The notes: generated by a model from the letters alone, not told the origin. DNA of 64,000 nucleotides from Clostridia bacterium (GCA_028710495.1 JAQUST010000002.1:33577-97576), one strand, 5' to 3'. Positions 1 to 10,071 are shown, counted from the stretch's first letter. Numbers and translations are program-made.

Positions 1-386
1 TGCTTTCTGCGCTAGGAACAAATCTTTCGGTATTCTTTAGTGATGAAAAGGAAGAGCAAGTAGTTTTTACCGAAACAGATTTCTTTGAAAAACTGACAGA
101 TGAACAAAAAATTGTTTGGCTTGTTCCCAACAGTCAGAAAAACGAGATGGAGCCAATACTTATTGAGATCAGACCAAACACAAAGCTATCACAAGATATG
201 CCTCACGAAGGTGAAGAATTTGGCTTTGTTTTGGATGGCAATATTATTTTGCATATAGGCAATAAGTCATACAAAGTTAAAAAAGGTGAAGCATTCTATT
301 TTGAAAGTCGCAAAGTTCATTTTCTAGAGAATCCAACAAACAAGATAGCAAAAATTATTTGGGTATCATCCCCGCCAACATTTTAG
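1..386 (+). CDS. C-terminal part of an HTH/cupin-type transcriptional regulator (5' end outside window)
   Basis: Frame 3 is open from the window edge (LSALGTNLSVFFSDEKEEQVVF...) into the 147..386 ORF. The tail HEGEEFGFVLDGNIILHIGNKSYKVKKGEAFYFESRKVHFLEN looks like a cupin beta-barrel, as in XRE-cupin (PuuR-like) regulators. It sits directly upstream of a polyamine ABC operon. Confidence 0.55.
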   Translation, partial: LSALGTNLSVFFSDEKEEQVVFTETDFFEKLTDEQKIVWLVPNSQKNEMEPILIEIRPNTKLSQDMPHEGEEFGFVLDGNIILHIGNKSYKVKKGEAFYFESRKVHFLENPTNKIAKIIWVSSPPTF

Positions 387-605
387 GCTTTTTATAATAA
401 AACTAAAAAAAGTAAAAGAAGAGAAAACTAATTGAGAATATAACTAAGAATAGTTTTTCAATTTCAGATGTGCATAACAATAGAGCAATATAAAATTAGA
501 TGCAACCTATGTAGAAAATTAATCTTTGATTAAATATAAATCGAAAAAAAAATTTAATTTTGTGTTTAGCCGCTTAAAAATACTAATAACATTTGGAGAA
601 CAAAA

Positions 606-2081
606 ATGACAAAAGATAGTTCAAACATTATTGAACTCAGAAACGTAACAAAAGTGTATGACGGCAAAGAAGCTGTCAAAAATACAAGCTTTGCCATAAA
701 ACGTGGCGAATTTGTTACATTGCTTGGCCCTTCGGGCTGTGGGAAAACGACGACTCTCCGTATGATAGCAGGATTTGAACTGCCAACAAATGGAAAGATT
801 CTTTTCAATGGTGTGGACATAACGACTATCCCTCCGCACTTAAGAAAAGTGAACACTGTTTTTCAAAAATACGCATTGTTTCCGCACCTTAACGTGTATG
901 GAAATATTGCTTTTGGTTTGAAACTGAAAATGCTAGAAAACGGTACAAAAGAAAGCAAAAACGGTGATTTAGTTCAACTATACCGTCATCTAACAAAAAA
1001 AGAGATTTCTGACAAAGTTGACGAAATACTTAAAATGGTTGACCTTGAGGACTATGGTCACAGAAATGTCTCCAGCCTTTCCGGAGGACAGCAACAACGT
1101 GTTGCAATAGCTCGTGCTCTCGTAAATGAGCCACAAGTCTTGCTTTTGGATGAACCACTTGGCGCACTTGATTTGAAAATGAGAAAAGATATGCAGCTTG
1201 AACTTATGGATATGCATAATAAGCTTGGCATTACATTTATATATGTCACACACGACCAAGAAGAAGCATTGACAATGAGCGATACAATTGTAGTCATGAG
1301 AAACGGCGTTATTCAGCAAATTGCGACTCCTGAAAAAGTTTATGATGAGCCTGCAAACGCATTTGTTGCTGACTTTATCGGCGAAAGCAATATCCTTTCA
1401 GGTGTTATGCTTGAAGATTTCAAAGTAGAATTTTGCAATACAATTTTTGAATGTGTTGATCGTGACTTCAAAAAGAGCGAGCCTATTGACGTAATAATTC
1501 GCCCTGAAGATTTCCGTATTGTAAAAGTCGAAAGTGAAAAGGCTTTACTCAAGTCAGAGGTTTTGTCTTGCGTTTTCAAAGGCGACCACTACCAAATTAC
1601 TGTGTTTGCAGAGGGTAATGAACTGGTTGTTAATGATACAAATGCTGTCAAAGAAGGCGACACTATTGGACTTTATATCAAACCTTTCGACCTTCATATT
1701 ATGCATAAATCGCGTATAATCAATGAGATAATCACAACAATGATCGACACAAACAAAGTAGAAATATGTGATACTGTCTTTGATTGCTTAAGCGAACTTG
1801 AAGCCGGCACAAAAGTAAAAGTTTCTATTGATTTTGATGACGTCGAAATTATGGACGACCCGCAAGACGGAATGATTACGTGCACAGTCGTCAACTCAAT
1901 CTACAAGGGAAGCTACTACCAATGTATAGTCCGAACTGAAAAATATTACGATTTCTTTGTCGATACTGATGATGATTGGCTAAAAGGTGACCGAGTTGGA
2001 ATACGCATAGCTCCAGAAAATATTATTATTGAAAAAGTTGAAGAAGCCATTGAGGAGGATAAAGCAGAAAATGTCGACTAA
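606..2081 (+). CDS. potA: Spermidine/putrescine ABC transporter ATP-binding protein, unusually long (491 aa)
   Basis: Walker [10 protein letters not shown], signature [15 protein letters not shown], Walker [12 protein letters not shown] and H-loop YVTHDQ are present. GGAGA RBS before the ATG. First gene of a potABCD-ordered operon. It carries an extra insert and a duplicated C-terminal TOBE-like module. Confidence 0.85.
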   Translation: MTKDSSNIIELRNVTKVYDGKEAVKNTSFAIKRGEFVTLLGPSGCGKTTTLRMIAGFELPTNGKILFNGVDITTIPPHLRKVNTVFQKYALFPHLNVYGNIAFGLKLKMLENGTKESKNGDLVQLYRHLTKKEISDKVDEILKMVDLEDYGHRNVSSLSGGQQQRVAIARALVNEPQVLLLDEPLGALDLKMRKDMQLELMDMHNKLGITFIYVTHDQEEALTMSDTIVVMRNGVIQQIATPEKVYDEPANAFVADFIGESNILSGVMLEDFKVEFCNTIFECVDRDFKKSEPIDVIIRPEDFRIVKVESEKALLKSEVLSCVFKGDHYQITVFAEGNELVVNDTNAVKEGDTIGLYIKPFDLHIMHKSRIINEIITTMIDTNKVEICDTVFDCLSELEAGTKVKVSIDFDDVEIMDDPQDGMITCTVVNSIYKGSYYQCIVRTEKYYDFFVDTDDDWLKGDRVGIRIAPENIIIEKVEEAIEEDKAENVD

Positions 2082-2862
2082 GCTAAAAAACATCAAGTTG
2101 ACAAGACGAGCATTCAGTTATCCCTACGTCATTTTTCTTATGCTATTTGTAGTGATTCCTCTCGTGCTTATCTTAGTCAATGCTTTTATGGATGGCGACA
2201 AGACTTTGACATTGGACAATTTTCGTATTTTCTTCACGGAAAAATCCAGTCTTATAGTGCTTGGCAATTCAATTTTGGTTGGTATTGTGACAACCATAAT
2301 ATGCTTGCTCCTCGGATATCCTCTTGCATATATTTTATCAAAATACAATTCAGGCAGAATCTTGGTGCTTCTTTATGTATTGCCAATGTGGGTGAATTTT
2401 CTTATTCGCACGCTAGCCACAAAGTCTATTTTTGTTGCAATGGGCATTGAGCTCGGAATGGGAACTGTGCTTTTCGGAATGGTTTATAACTATTTACCAT
2501 TTATGATTCTGCCACTTCACACAACGATTTCAAGCATAGACAAAAGTCTTATTGAAGCTGCACAAGACTTGGGTGCAGACCGAACACAAGTTTTGACAAA
2601 AACTGTTATGCCTCTTTCATTGTCAGGAATTATTTCTGGTATCACAATGGTTTTTATTCCAACTATATCTACTTTTGCTATCAGTCAATTACTTTCAAAT
2701 GGAACTATCTTTTTGTTTGGTGATAGCATCCAAATGAAGTTTGAACAAGGACTTTACGGAGTCGGCAGTATAATGTCATTGGTTATGCTCATATTTGTTC
2801 TTATTTCAAATTTCTTGATGAACAGATTTAATCGTGGGACTACGGGGAGGACATTATGGTAA
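2071..2862 (+). CDS. potB: Polyamine ABC transporter permease
   Basis: Multi-TM protein with the EAA-type loop [22 protein letters not shown]. The preferred start is the ATG at 2071, preceded by GAGGAGGA and overlapping the potA stop, rather than the ORF-track start at 2029. Confidence 0.85.
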   Translation: MSTKLKNIKLTRRAFSYPYVIFLMLFVVIPLVLILVNAFMDGDKTLTLDNFRIFFTEKSSLIVLGNSILVGIVTTIICLLLGYPLAYILSKYNSGRILVLLYVLPMWVNFLIRTLATKSIFVAMGIELGMGTVLFGMVYNYLPFMILPLHTTISSIDKSLIEAAQDLGADRTQVLTKTVMPLSLSGIISGITMVFIPTISTFAISQLLSNGTIFLFGDSIQMKFEQGLYGVGSIMSLVMLIFVLISNFLMNRFNRGTTGRTLW

Positions 2863-3668
2863 AGAAAATATTTGAAAAGTTTTATCTTTTCATTATCTTG
2901 GCAATTCTCTACGCACCTATCGTATTGATTATCGTTTATTCCTTCTCAAACAGCTCAAACTTTTCCTTTGAAAATGGATTTTCATTTGATGCATATGTTT
3001 CAATATTTAACAGTGCAAAATCGGGAACTCTTGCAAGAGCTATCGGAAACACTTTCTTTATTGCTATAGTTTCAACAATATTCTCTGTTATTTTGGGGAC
3101 ATGCGCAGCAATTGGTATTTTTAGTCTTGGAAGAAAAACACGCCGCGTAATTGAGAATGTCAATCAGTTTCCAATCATAAATTCAGAAATCGTTATGGCA
3201 GTAAGCTTTATGGTGTTTTTTGTTACTTTTGCTTTCCCTGAAGGATACTTGAGACTTATCATTGCTCACATAGCCTTTTGCACTCCTTATGTTGTATTAT
3301 CTGTTATTCCAAAACTTGAGAAAATGGATAATAATATATATGAAGCCGCTCTAGACCTCGGTGCAAACCCAGCAAAAGCTTTATTCAAAGTTATTCTTCC
3401 GGTAATAACTCCCGGCATCATTGCAGGAGGTGTGCTTGCATTCACTCTTTCACTTGATGACTTTATTATCACTCAAATCAATAAAGGCGCGTCTACAGGT
3501 ATAAACACACTATCCACCTATATTTATTCTGATGCTCGTGTGCAAGGGCTTGAGCCGTTTTGGTACGCAATATTTTCTATAATATTTGTTGTTGTGCTAG
3601 CTATTGTTTTATCAGCAAATATAATAAAAATAAAAAAACAAAAGGAGCGCAAAAAAAATGAAATCTAA
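2856..3668 (+). CDS. potC: Polyamine ABC transporter permease
   Basis: Contains the EAA loop YEAALDLGANPAKALFKVILPV. Its start overlaps the potB stop (ATGGTAA) and is preceded by the GGGGAGGA RBS. Confidence 0.85.
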   Translation: MVKKIFEKFYLFIILAILYAPIVLIIVYSFSNSSNFSFENGFSFDAYVSIFNSAKSGTLARAIGNTFFIAIVSTIFSVILGTCAAIGIFSLGRKTRRVIENVNQFPIINSEIVMAVSFMVFFVTFAFPEGYLRLIIAHIAFCTPYVVLSVIPKLEKMDNNIYEAALDLGANPAKALFKVILPVITPGIIAGGVLAFTLSLDDFIITQINKGASTGINTLSTYIYSDARVQGLEPFWYAIFSIIFVVVLAIVLSANIIKIKKQKERKKNEI

Positions 3669-5076
3669 AGCTTTTTTAACTCTTGCAGTTATTATTTTGG
3701 TTTTGATAATGCTCCCCGTTTTTACTGCTTGCGGAGATGAAGGCAAAACAACAAATAAACTTGTTATATACAATTGGGAAGACTATATCGATCCAACTCT
3801 TCTCGATGATTTTTCTGAATACTACTCTGATGTCACAGGTTTTGATTTGGAAATCGTATATACCACTTTTGAGACAAACGAAACTATGCTCACGAAAATG
3901 CTACAAGGCGATGCGCAAGTTGACCTCATATGTCCATCAGAATATGCGATTGAAAAGCTTATGGCAAATGGACTTATCCAAAATTTAACTGAGCTTCAAA
4001 CCAGCCTTTTAGAAGACTACAACAGTTTTGAAAATTTAACATTTGATAATTTAGTTAATATTGAAGAAGATATAACAACAAAAATTAGTGAGGAGTTCGG
4101 CTCTATTTCTTATGGCGAAGATACTGCAAGTATGGTTGATTATATGTTGCCGTATATGTGGGGTACTCTAGGAATTCTATATAATGCCGATTTTGTGACA
4201 CAGGCTGATTTGGATTCAGGTTGGGCGATGCTTTGGAATTCAAACAATAATGTCGACATCCAAGGTAAAATTCTCGTCAAAGACTCTGTAAGAGACACAT
4301 ATTGCGCTTCTGTAATGTATATGTATGAAAATGGATTGCTCCCCGATGGATATGAAAACTACTCAGTTCAAGAACTAATAAACTGCGTCGACACCGCAAT
4401 GCTCAACAAATCCGAATTGGTGCTTACCGAACAAAGACAATTCATCTCCGGCTATGAAGTTGACTTTGGCAAGGATGATATGATTGCACAAACTGCTCTT
4501 GTTGACTTGGCTTGGAGCGGAGACGCTATGTGGGCAATTGAATGCGCTGAAGAAGAAGGAATCAATTTGGATTATTTCGTGCCTGAAATTGGTGGGAATA
4601 TTTGGTTCGATGGTTGGGTTGTTCCAAACTGCGCAAACAACAATCTGGCAGCTCTAATGTTCATTGACTATATGTGTGCGCCTGAAAACGGTATCTGGAA
4701 TTCAATGGAAATCGGTTATACCTCTGCAATAAGCAAAGAATTGCTTCAGTCAAATGAAGATGCAATCTCTGCTATAACTGAATGCGAATATGACGTCGAT
4801 GAATATTTTTCGGATGAACGACGTTATCCTGAAATAACTGACAAACTCGGTGTTATGCACGACTTCGGTAAAAATAACAACGCGGTTGTCGCTATGTGGG
4901 AACGCGCTAAAGCAGGTAGCGCAATTCCTATGGAGTTGGTGTGGTCACTAATTGCTGTTGTGGTTATTGTAGGTCTTTTGATTCTTTCACTAATTCTCAA
5001 AGAAAAATTGAAGTTTAGACCACGAAAACTAAAAATTAATGATTGTAAGATTGAAAAAAAAATAAAATCTAATTAA
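3658..5076 (+). CDS. potD: Polyamine-type ABC substrate-binding lipoprotein with an extra C-terminal TM anchor
   Basis: Signal peptide plus lipobox (LPVFTAC). LVIYNWEDYIDP is the typical PotD-family N-terminus. Fourth gene of the pot operon. The C-terminal hydrophobic helix LVWSLIAVVVIVGLLILSLIL is followed by a basic tail. Confidence 0.8.
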   Translation: MKSKAFLTLAVIILVLIMLPVFTACGDEGKTTNKLVIYNWEDYIDPTLLDDFSEYYSDVTGFDLEIVYTTFETNETMLTKMLQGDAQVDLICPSEYAIEKLMANGLIQNLTELQTSLLEDYNSFENLTFDNLVNIEEDITTKISEEFGSISYGEDTASMVDYMLPYMWGTLGILYNADFVTQADLDSGWAMLWNSNNNVDIQGKILVKDSVRDTYCASVMYMYENGLLPDGYENYSVQELINCVDTAMLNKSELVLTEQRQFISGYEVDFGKDDMIAQTALVDLAWSGDAMWAIECAEEEGINLDYFVPEIGGNIWFDGWVVPNCANNNLAALMFIDYMCAPENGIWNSMEIGYTSAISKELLQSNEDAISAITECEYDVDEYFSDERRYPEITDKLGVMHDFGKNNNAVVAMWERAKAGSAIPMELVWSLIAVVVIVGLLILSLILKEKLKFRPRKLKINDCKIEKKIKSN

Positions 5077-5088
5077 GTTTTCAAAATA

Positions 5089-5116
5089 AAAACCCGACAC
5101 AATGTGTCGGGTTTTT
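5089..5116. terminator. Bidirectional rho-independent terminator between potD and the convergent LURP-like gene
   Basis: Stem CCCGACAC / GTGTCGGG with a 3-nt loop, an A-run upstream and a T-run downstream. Confidence 0.7.
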
Positions 5117-5159
5117 GCTTCTTAATCATAAAGCTTTCAAATTGATTGAATTTCGATGC

Positions 5160-5654
5160 TTAATGCTTTCTATGATGAATTGCATCAATTATTAGTGCGG
5201 CTCCGACGATGATTGCAGGGTCTATATTATCATTGGGAATATCAATAACATAAGTGTCTGCAATCTTCAAAATCTTTTTGCTGATTGTAGCAATTTGTTC
5301 ATCTTCCTTTGTCATATCCATAACTCTAAAATTGAAAGCAAAACTTGAGCCTTTAACTTTTATTTTGCCAAATTCTCCTTCAATTTTGTATGTACGAATA
5401 AACGGAAGATGGAAGAACTTTCCTTTGCTCTTGCCGATGATATTTCCACCACGCATCAAATCCCATTTTTGTGTTAGAGAAAAAACATGTTGTTTCAAGA
5501 AAAATATTTCATTACCTGACATATCTTTGAGCCATAGTTTTTTCCCAATAGTGAAAAATTGACCTTCAACTGTAAACCACGGACGACCTGAATCATCACT
5601 TATTGTGAAATTATCTTTTATCGACCAAAATTTTTGATTTATTACAAAACGCAT
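5160..5654 (-). CDS. LURP-one-related / YxjI-like (tubby-fold) protein
   Basis: A 164-aa protein. Its pattern (MRFVINQKFWSIKDNFTISDDSGRPWFTVEGQFFTIGKKLWLKDMSGNEIFFLKQ) is typical of bacterial LURP-one-related/DUF567 proteins. Confidence 0.6.
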   Translation of the reverse strand: MRFVINQKFWSIKDNFTISDDSGRPWFTVEGQFFTIGKKLWLKDMSGNEIFFLKQHVFSLTQKWDLMRGGNIIGKSKGKFFHLPFIRTYKIEGEFGKIKVKGSSFAFNFRVMDMTKEDEQIATISKKILKIADTYVIDIPNDNIDPAIIVGAALIIDAIHHRKH

Positions 5655-5724
5655 AATTCCCTCCTAAACCTTTTATATATAATTATGTTACCACACAAGA
5701 ATGATGAATGCAATATGAAAATCG

Positions 5725-6534
5725 TTATATTCCTGAGAATATATCAATAAACTTCTTGTGTTCGATTGGGTCAACGAGATGAGGAGCAATTTGATTGAGC
5801 GGTTCAAGCACAAATTTTCTCTTTTTCATTTCAGGATGCGGGATTGTCAATTCTTTTGTGTTCAAAATCAAATCATCATAAAGCAAAATGTCTATATCCA
5901 AAGTGCGATTACCCCATTTTTCTTTGCGCTCACGGCCAGCTTCTTTTTCAATAGCGTTTGTAAGCTCAAGCAACTCATATGGAGAAAGCATCGTTCTTAG
6001 TTCAAGCGCACAATTCAGAAATTGCTCTGTCGCGACTCCGCCATATGGCTCTGTTTCAATATAGTCCGATAAAGTCACCACGTTGCTGTTTTCATCTTCA
6101 TTTAGTTTTGAAACCGCAAAATCTATAAGTGTTTTTTTGTCTCCAAGATTGCCGCCAAGTGCAAGATATGCAGTATGCCAGCCTCTTTCAACTGTAACCG
6201 ATATACAATCAAACGGCAATTTCACAGGAGCTTCAGGTTTTTTGACAGTCAGTTCAACACGGCACAAAAGCGGAAAACTATTGAGCAAAAGTCGTGCGCT
6301 TTTGTCGGCAAGCGTCTCAATCAAATCAAAACAGTTGTTGACACAAAAGGCAGTTAATGTCTTGCATACAGTACTATAATTCACCGTTTGTGTCAAATCA
6401 TCATTTTTTGCTGCAGAATTCATATCAAGAAAAAGTTTAGCGCAAAACCAAAACGGTTGAGGATTCACTTTCTCAAAATCCTTTACTCCATGGCAAGCGA
6501 CAACCTTCAAATCTTCTATAAAAATATAGTCCAT
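5725..6534 (-). CDS. folBK: Bifunctional dihydroneopterin aldolase / hydroxymethyldihydropterin pyrophosphokinase
   Basis: The N-terminal half is FolB-like (IFIEDLKVVACHGV). The C-terminal half is FolK-like (AYLALGGNLGD, TLDIDILLYDD, IPHPEMKKRKFVLEPL). Confidence 0.85.
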   Translation of the reverse strand: MDYIFIEDLKVVACHGVKDFEKVNPQPFWFCAKLFLDMNSAAKNDDLTQTVNYSTVCKTLTAFCVNNCFDLIETLADKSARLLLNSFPLLCRVELTVKKPEAPVKLPFDCISVTVERGWHTAYLALGGNLGDKKTLIDFAVSKLNEDENSNVVTLSDYIETEPYGGVATEQFLNCALELRTMLSPYELLELTNAIEKEAGRERKEKWGNRTLDIDILLYDDLILNTKELTIPHPEMKKRKFVLEPLNQIAPHLVDPIEHKKFIDIFSGI

Positions 6535-6833
6535 ATTTCCCTCTCTTTCTTATGTTGAATTTGATATCTAAATATAAATCTTTCTAATTTTGGTGATAAA
6601 CTATTTCGCATCCTAACTTCTATTTTTCTTTCTAAAAAATCCATAAGTATTTATTTGAACTTGATTGCGCAATTCCAAAACTCTTGATAGCTTTTGCAAA
6701 AGCTTGTAGCAAATTTTAATTTATTGCTTTTTATCATTTGTTATTTTGTTGCTTTTCAACTCCACAACTTCGTTTCATTTCCAATACTTATCTTTTACAA
6801 TTTCATTTTATAGAGTAATATCTTTTAATATTA

Positions 6834-7613
6834 TTATTGATTTGCCATTTCATAATCAATAACTTTTTTGTTTTCTGCGATATCGTGAACTCTGACAAAC
6901 AAAACTTTCTTCCTTACCGCGAGTCTTGTGCTTTCGAGAGTTTGTTCTAGCCTGTCACACACTTCCCCGCCAAACATCGATTTTCGTGAAGTACCAAGCA
7001 AAAGCGGAAATCCTTGAACTTCAATTTTTTCATAGTTATTTAGCAATTCCCAGTTTTGTTCCTTATCTTTTGCAAATCCTATTCCACCATCAAAAATAAT
7101 TTTGTTTTCATCAATATTTGCATATCTTGCAAGTTGCAAACTGCAATCGAAAAATTGGCGGATTTCATTGAACATGTTTTTATATTCTCTATTTGTTTTG
7201 TTGTGCATAATGCAAACCGCGGCGTCATACCTTCCTATCAATTCCGCCATATTTCCAACTTGCTGAAGTCCCCAAATATCATTTATCATATCTGCACCAT
7301 TTTCAAGCATAATGCGTGCAACTTCACATTTATCTGTATCTATTGAGATCGGAGCAGAAAGCTTGCTTTTCAATAGTTTGAGCGCGGGCAACACTCGTTC
7401 TATTTCTTCTTCGCTGCTCACTGGGATAAAATTGGGGCGAGTAGATTGCGCTCCTAAATCCAAAACCTCTGCGCCGTTTTCAATCATCATTTCTGCTCTT
7501 GCCAAAACATTTTTTTCATTCACTCTGCTCCCTTCATAAAAGCTGTCTGGAGTCAAATTTAGAATGCCCATGATATGAGTTCCGTTTTCAAAATTTTTGT
7601 TGCCTATCTTCAT
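6834..7613 (-). CDS. folP: Dihydropteroate synthase
   Basis: Motifs IMGILNLTPDSFYEGS, DLGAQSTRP, INDIWG and LLGTSRKS are characteristic of pterin-binding DHPS. Confidence 0.9.
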   Translation of the reverse strand: MKIGNKNFENGTHIMGILNLTPDSFYEGSRVNEKNVLARAEMMIENGAEVLDLGAQSTRPNFIPVSSEEEIERVLPALKLLKSKLSAPISIDTDKCEVARIMLENGADMINDIWGLQQVGNMAELIGRYDAAVCIMHNKTNREYKNMFNEIRQFFDCSLQLARYANIDENKIIFDGGIGFAKDKEQNWELLNNYEKIEVQGFPLLLGTSRKSMFGGEVCDRLEQTLESTRLAVRKKVLFVRVHDIAENKKVIDYEMANQ

Positions 7614-7648
7614 TTTTTTATCCTACAAATTTTACTAATTGCCATTTC

Positions 7649-8203
7649 CTAATTCTTTATCAATGACAGAACTTCAGCTTTCTTTTGCCCGTTCATAGCT
7701 TCACCGCGTGCGGCATAAGTGATTGTCTTTGAGCCCATCTTCTTTATTCCTCGTGAAGTCATACAAGTGTGCTCGGCTTCAATCACAACCATAACGCCCT
7801 TTGGTGTCAAACAGTCAAAGACAGCATCAGCTATTTCGCTTGTCATCTTTTCTTGCAACTGCAAACGCTTTGCAAAAGTATCAACGGTTCTTGCAAGCTT
7901 GCTCAAACCGACAACCTTTCCATCGGGAATGTATGCAATATGGACTTTGCCGAAAAACGGCATTAGGTGGTGCTCACACATTGAAGAAAATGTTATATCT
8001 TTTTCGAGCACAAGTTCACCACTTTCAACTTTGAAAGTTTTGCTGAGATGCTGACTGGCATCTTCGTTGTTTCCTTGAAGCAACTCCTCATACATTCTTG
8101 CGATACGGTTTGGAGTTTCAATCAAGCCCTCCCGAGTGATATCTTCACCGATTGCTTCCAAAAACATTTTTACTGACTGCTCAATTTTTTTTGTATCCAT
8201 CAT
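7649..8203 (-). CDS. folE: GTP cyclohydrolase I
   Basis: FolE motifs are present: [47 protein letters not shown] and EHTCM. Confidence 0.9.
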   Translation of the reverse strand: MMDTKKIEQSVKMFLEAIGEDITREGLIETPNRIARMYEELLQGNNEDASQHLSKTFKVESGELVLEKDITFSSMCEHHLMPFFGKVHIAYIPDGKVVGLSKLARTVDTFAKRLQLQEKMTSEIADAVFDCLTPKGVMVVIEAEHTCMTSRGIKKMGSKTITYAARGEAMNGQKKAEVLSLIKN

Positions 8204-8211
8204 TTGTTACC

Positions 8212-9483
8212 TCAAAAATTCAAAATTTCTTTTCTTGCTTCGCTCAATATGCTGAGCGAGCCACAAACACAAACCACTTCGCTTTCACCCTCAAGTGCAA
8301 GCTCAACTGCCTCTTTTATTGAATAAGTTGCTTTCGTATTATCACAATATTGTGAAACTATCTGTTTCAATTCTTTTGCATCAAGTCCACGGCTTGAAGG
8401 TGGTGTGACAGTGAAAACTTCACAGCAATCTTTCGTTAAAATGCTCGCAACAGACCAAACATCTTTGTCCGAAAACATTCCAAAAACCAAAACAATCCGT
8501 TTTCCACCAAAATAATGATTTAGAGCGTTATGCAATATTCTTGCTCCGTCAGGATTGTGCGCTCCGTCCAATATCACATATTTATGCTGCTCTGATTTAT
8601 CACTTATATTATTTTCCAACAGTTCGAGCCTGCCTGCCCATTTGGCATTTGCCAATCCTTTTTGAAGCGCAGTTTCAGATATTAAGTAACCATTCTCACG
8701 CAAAACTTCAACTGCCTTTATTGCCAAACTTGCGTTTTCGAGTTGATGCTCGCCAAGCATCGAAATAAAGTATTTATCACCGCAAATTTCAAATTCTTGT
8801 CCGTTCAGGTTATCCGAAATGCTCACAGCTTTATTTGTTAATCGCAAGTCTTCAACTTTGCCAAGCACATTCATAACTTCATCACATTGCTTGAATGTCA
8901 CAAGCGGACAATCTTTGACAATGGCTACTTTTTCTACTGCGATTTTGCCGACTGTATCTCCCAAAACTTTTGTGTGGTCAAGAGCTATTGATGTGATGAT
9001 TGCAAGTTCTTTTTTCTTTATAACATTCGTTGCATCAAGTCTTCCGCCAAGTCCTGTTTCAAGAACGACAATATCGCAGTTTTGCTCGCTGAACCAAAGC
9101 AATGCCACTGCAAATTCAATTTCGAATGCAGTAGGAAGTTGCAGACCGTCTTTTCCCATTTTATCACGAGCGTCACTCACCACAGACAAAAGTTTAGCAA
9201 CTGTCTCATTGTCTATTGCCTTTCCGTCAATCAAATACCTCTCGTTATAACTAAATACCGATGGCGAATTGAATGTTCCAACTTTCATCCCGGCTTCTTT
9301 CACGATTGAAGTCATAAAGCACGAAACTGATCCCTTTCCGTTTGTGCCAGCAATATGAACAAACCTCAAATTATTGTCGGGATTGTTCAGCCTGTGCAAA
9401 AGTTCGCGCACGGTATCAAGTCCGAACACACTTCCGAACTTTTCTACATTTGTGATAAACTTTATTGCCTCTGAGTAATTCAA
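8212..9483 (-). CDS. folC: Dihydrofolate synthase / folylpolyglutamate synthase
   Basis: Mur-ligase P-loop HIAGTNGKGS, with DATN and LDGAHNP motifs. The probable start is the TTG at 9483, 6 nt after GGAGGG, giving MNYSEAIKFI. The ORF-track start at 9510 would include that RBS inside the coding sequence. Confidence 0.85.
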   Translation of the reverse strand: MNYSEAIKFITNVEKFGSVFGLDTVRELLHRLNNPDNNLRFVHIAGTNGKGSVSCFMTSIVKEAGMKVGTFNSPSVFSYNERYLIDGKAIDNETVAKLLSVVSDARDKMGKDGLQLPTAFEIEFAVALLWFSEQNCDIVVLETGLGGRLDATNVIKKKELAIITSIALDHTKVLGDTVGKIAVEKVAIVKDCPLVTFKQCDEVMNVLGKVEDLRLTNKAVSISDNLNGQEFEICGDKYFISMLGEHQLENASLAIKAVEVLRENGYLISETALQKGLANAKWAGRLELLENNISDKSEQHKYVILDGAHNPDGARILHNALNHYFGGKRIVLVFGMFSDKDVWSVASILTKDCCEVFTVTPPSSRGLDAKELKQIVSQYCDNTKATYSIKEAVELALEGESEVVCVCGSLSILSEARKEILNF

Positions 9484-9595
9484 AGTTCCCTCCAAATCTT
9501 GTGAAACCAAAATCGTATTATTTATTTATAAAGAATTGAAGTAATTCATTTACGAGATAAAACTCAACAATTTGTCTTCTTTTTTTTGAGGGCTA

Positions 9596-9655
9596 AATAG
9601 AAAAACCCTCCAACTATTGCGAGAGATTTATCTCTCACTGATGTTTTGAGGGTTC
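9596..9655 (-). terminator. Intrinsic terminator forming the expression platform of the THF riboswitch
   Basis: On the minus strand the sequence reads CCCUCAAAAC...GAGAGAUAAAUCUCUC...GUUGGAGGG followed by UUUUUCUAUUU. The 5' CCCUC can alternatively pair with an upstream GGAGGG (plus 9670-9675). Confidence 0.55.
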
Positions 9656-9699
9656 AAAAAATGCAAAAGCCCTCCACCATATTGGAAGGACTCGCTTGA

Positions 9700-9800
9700 G
9701 TTGAAGCGGGAGCGTAATTTGCATCGCAAGACTTGCTTTTCGTCCGATGGCACTCCCCGTCCACTCGGCACTTAACGCGCAAACACTACTACTTCCAATT
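9700..9800 (-). promoter_or_regulatory. THF (tetrahydrofolate) riboswitch upstream of folC-folE-folP-folBK
   Basis: The minus strand reads GGAAGUAGUAGUGUUUGCGCGUUAAGUGCCGAGUGGACGGGGAGUGCCAUCGGACGAAAAGCAAGUCUUGCGAUGCAAAUUACGCUCCCGCUUC. This matches the conserved THF-I blocks AGUAG, GCGUUAAGUG, GGGGAG/CUCCC, ACGAA-GC and CCGCUUC that I recall from the Eubacterium siraeum aptamer. A folate-biosynthesis operon lies downstream. Confidence 0.78.
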
Positions 9801-10071
9801 TTTGATTATATTAAATTAAAAAACAATATCTTTTCACCAACATAATATCACAACCAAACATCTGTTGCAAGCATTTGTATGTTGTTTTGAATTCAAAAAA
9901 ATTTTATTTAGACATACAATTTTGCGAACTTATTTCTTCTCGAATTCAAACCTCAAAAGCAAATTGACTTTTCACGCTCTGTTTTTAGCATTTTGAATAA
10001 TCATTGAATATGCCAGTCAAAAAACGCGGGCGTCAAAAACCTGCTTCGATTTTGAGCATTTAGATGGTCAT

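Noticed and set aside
566-1894. Several 60-110 aa ORFs lie antisense to or out of frame within potA (566..856, 621..839, 990..1319, 1058..1297, 1340..1579, 1534..1719, 1694..1894).
   Set aside because: They are embedded entirely in a gene with unambiguous ABC motifs. They have no RBS and a low-complexity or odd composition, so they are typical shadow ORFs. The same reasoning applies to the many antisense ORFs inside uvrA, uvrB, aor, moeA, GH2, tupA (49360..49917) and moeA::PBP (42691..43524, 277 aa).
6689-6704. A perfect 16-bp palindrome AGCTTTTGCAAAAGCT in the 300-bp folP-folBK spacer could be an internal terminator or an operator.
   Set aside because: There is no U-run on either strand and the stem is only 6 bp with a 4-nt loop if folded as RNA. 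It stands alone without a partner motif, so I cannot support either call. I only note that the spacer is unusually long for an operon.
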